This document shows positions 62,870 through 64,000 of a DNA stretch of 64,000 bases, piece after piece. Below the pieces are notes generated by a model. The model had not been told where the DNA came from. It ran no database searches and worked only from the letters and a program-made list of their open reading frames with translations. How positions within the stretch are numbered: the stretch's first letter is position 1; each line of letters begins with the position of its first letter. The translations under genes were made by a program, and so were the position numbers. Source of the DNA: Thermoanaerobaculia bacterium (GTDB taxonomy: Bacteria > Acidobacteriota > Thermoanaerobaculia > Multivoradales > JAHEKO01); assembly GCA_947259925.1 (NCBI GenBank), contig CAMYOG010000017.1, positions 441 to 64,440 on the forward strand, in the 5' to 3' direction.

Positions 62870-63601
62870 TCACCCCGCCTGCGGGAGTGGGGCGCCCAGC
62901 CCCTCGAGCTGGCGGTGGGCGGCCTCGGCCCAGCCCCGATTCGCCGCCGGGGAGGCCGGGCTCGGATGCAGGATCCGACCCACTTCGACCTCTATGCCGT
63001 CGAGCGCCACCCGGGCGCGAGCTTCGGCGAACTGACCGACGCCGATCACCAGTCGGGGGGAAAGCTCCTCGATGGTGAGCCGCAGGTGGCGATCGCACAG
63101 AGCGAACAGCGGCTTGCGCTCCGCGGCCGGCAGCTTGTCGGGCGTCCGGTTGCGGCCGCTCTCCTCCATGAAGCTGAGCGGGCAGTAGTTGGCGATGAAG
63201 AAGCGCTCGAAGAAGCGTGCCGGCGTGCCGAAGGTCGCCCGGGCCCACCCCCAGAGCCGCTCGCCGCTCACTTCGTGGCGATGGCACTCCCAGCCCATGA
63301 TCGGTCGCTTCGGGTGCTCGTGCTCGGGCCGGTCGATCGACGCGCCGATCCCGAGCCAGTCCCGGACGGCGCTCACCTCGCCGAACGGCACGCCGTTCTG
63401 CGCCATCCCCCACGGTCCCGGATTCATCCCCACCAGCACTACCTCTTTCGGACCCTTGCCGTATCGCTCGAGGTACTCGGTCGCCGGCCGCCAGGCGTAG
63501 ACCAGCGGGTTGTAGACGTGCGAGACCGGCAGCCCGAATCTGAGTCCGGCCAGCCCGTCGCGCAGCTCGCGGGCGATCTCGACCAGTCGGGACGAGGGCA
63601 T
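62870..63601 (-). CDS. SMUG1-family (family 3) uracil-DNA glycosylase
   Basis: VVLVGMNPGPWGMAQNGVPF and HPSPASPAANRGW match the SMUG signature motifs. Confidence 0.7.
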   Translation of the reverse strand: MPSSRLVEIARELRDGLAGLRFGLPVSHVYNPLVYAWRPATEYLERYGKGPKEVVLVGMNPGPWGMAQNGVPFGEVSAVRDWLGIGASIDRPEHEHPKRPIMGWECHRHEVSGERLWGWARATFGTPARFFERFFIANYCPLSFMEESGRNRTPDKLPAAERKPLFALCDRHLRLTIEELSPRLVIGVGQFAEARARVALDGIEVEVGRILHPSPASPAANRGWAEAAHRQLEGLGAPLPQAG

Positions 63602-63967
63602 CTAGGTGTAGACGTCCACGATCAGCGGACCGGGGAAGGGCGTTCTCGAGACGGCGACGTTGACGATCTGATCCGCCTCGAGCCGCATCGCCGCGGACCG
63701 AGGCATGAAGGAGTTCGTAGCCTTCACCTCGACGCCCTGGACCACGTAGACGAAGTCGACCGACAGGAGGCCACGCCAGGTGAGCCGGGTCTCGACGATC
63801 CGACCCGGGACCTGGGGCGCCAAGCGTAGGGCCCGACGGATCGAGAGCGCCCAGATCAGCGCCGCGGGCCAGAGGACCGCGACCGGCGCCACCAGCGCGA
63901 CCAGGAGCGAGCGCCCGGACGGCGCGCCCCAGACCGCCAGCAAGGTGCCGACCGTGATCAGCATCAC
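63602..63967 (-). CDS. small membrane protein (DUF3592-like). The N-terminus may continue beyond the window.
   Basis: N-terminal TM helices, then a beta-rich region. Confidence 0.35.
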   Translation of the reverse strand: MMLITVGTLLAVWGAPSGRSLLVALVAPVAVLWPAALIWALSIRRALRLAPQVPGRIVETRLTWRGLLSVDFVYVVQGVEVKATNSFMPRSAAMRLEADQIVNVAVSRTPFPGPLIVDVYT

Positions 63968-64000
63968 CAGACCACCACCGGCCAGAAAGCCGACGTTGCC

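Overview
This is a high-GC (~68-70 %) bacterial chromosomal segment with tightly packed genes, most of them on the minus strand. Many adjacent genes overlap by 4 nt (ATGA or GTGA), which suggests translational coupling.

Most of the window is core metabolism:
- serS, pdxA, purD, ispH and acs.
- A pyruvate dehydrogenase operon (aceE-aceF-lpd, with the E3 carrying an N-terminal lipoyl domain).
- A complete suf operon (rrf2-sufBCDS-sufU).
- Assorted stress and envelope genes: Cu/Zn SOD, msrA, chrA, cytochrome c peroxidase, a Ser/Thr kinase fused to a TolB-like propeller, and an M14 peptidase.

The first ~6 kb looks like an accessory patch:
- A frameshifted IS3-family transposase fragment.
- A small membrane-protein gene.
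- An intact IS3-family element with 13-bp terminal inverted repeats.
- A tRNA-Ser(UGA).
- A perfect 52-bp tandem duplication that truncates a putative anti-sigma factor.
- An ECF-type sigma factor and a ToxR/CadC-like membrane regulator.

Two short dispersed repeat families stand out. The first is a GC-rich palindromic element with the core aaGGGGAGGGCtCTCCCCtt. It sits in-frame inside three coding sequences (lpd, aceF, M14 peptidase), in both orientations, and has one intergenic copy. The second is a MITE-like element with terminal repeats GGTGACAGGATACC at two intergenic loci.

Other points of interest:
- An Hfq-like Sm protein translationally coupled to a PSP1/RicT homologue.
- An Fpg/Nei-family glycosylase that lacks the N-terminal proline nucleophile.
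- A compact minus-strand cluster of CYTH, HIRAN, TIGR00725/LOG and DinB genes.
- An intact vapBC pair plus a decayed vapC remnant.
- Several strong palindromes in promoter regions that are candidate operators.

No CRISPR array, rRNA gene or obvious prophage was seen. I cannot point to a complete, clearly novel multi-gene system with confidence. The in-frame intragenic repeat family is the most unusual directly observable signal.
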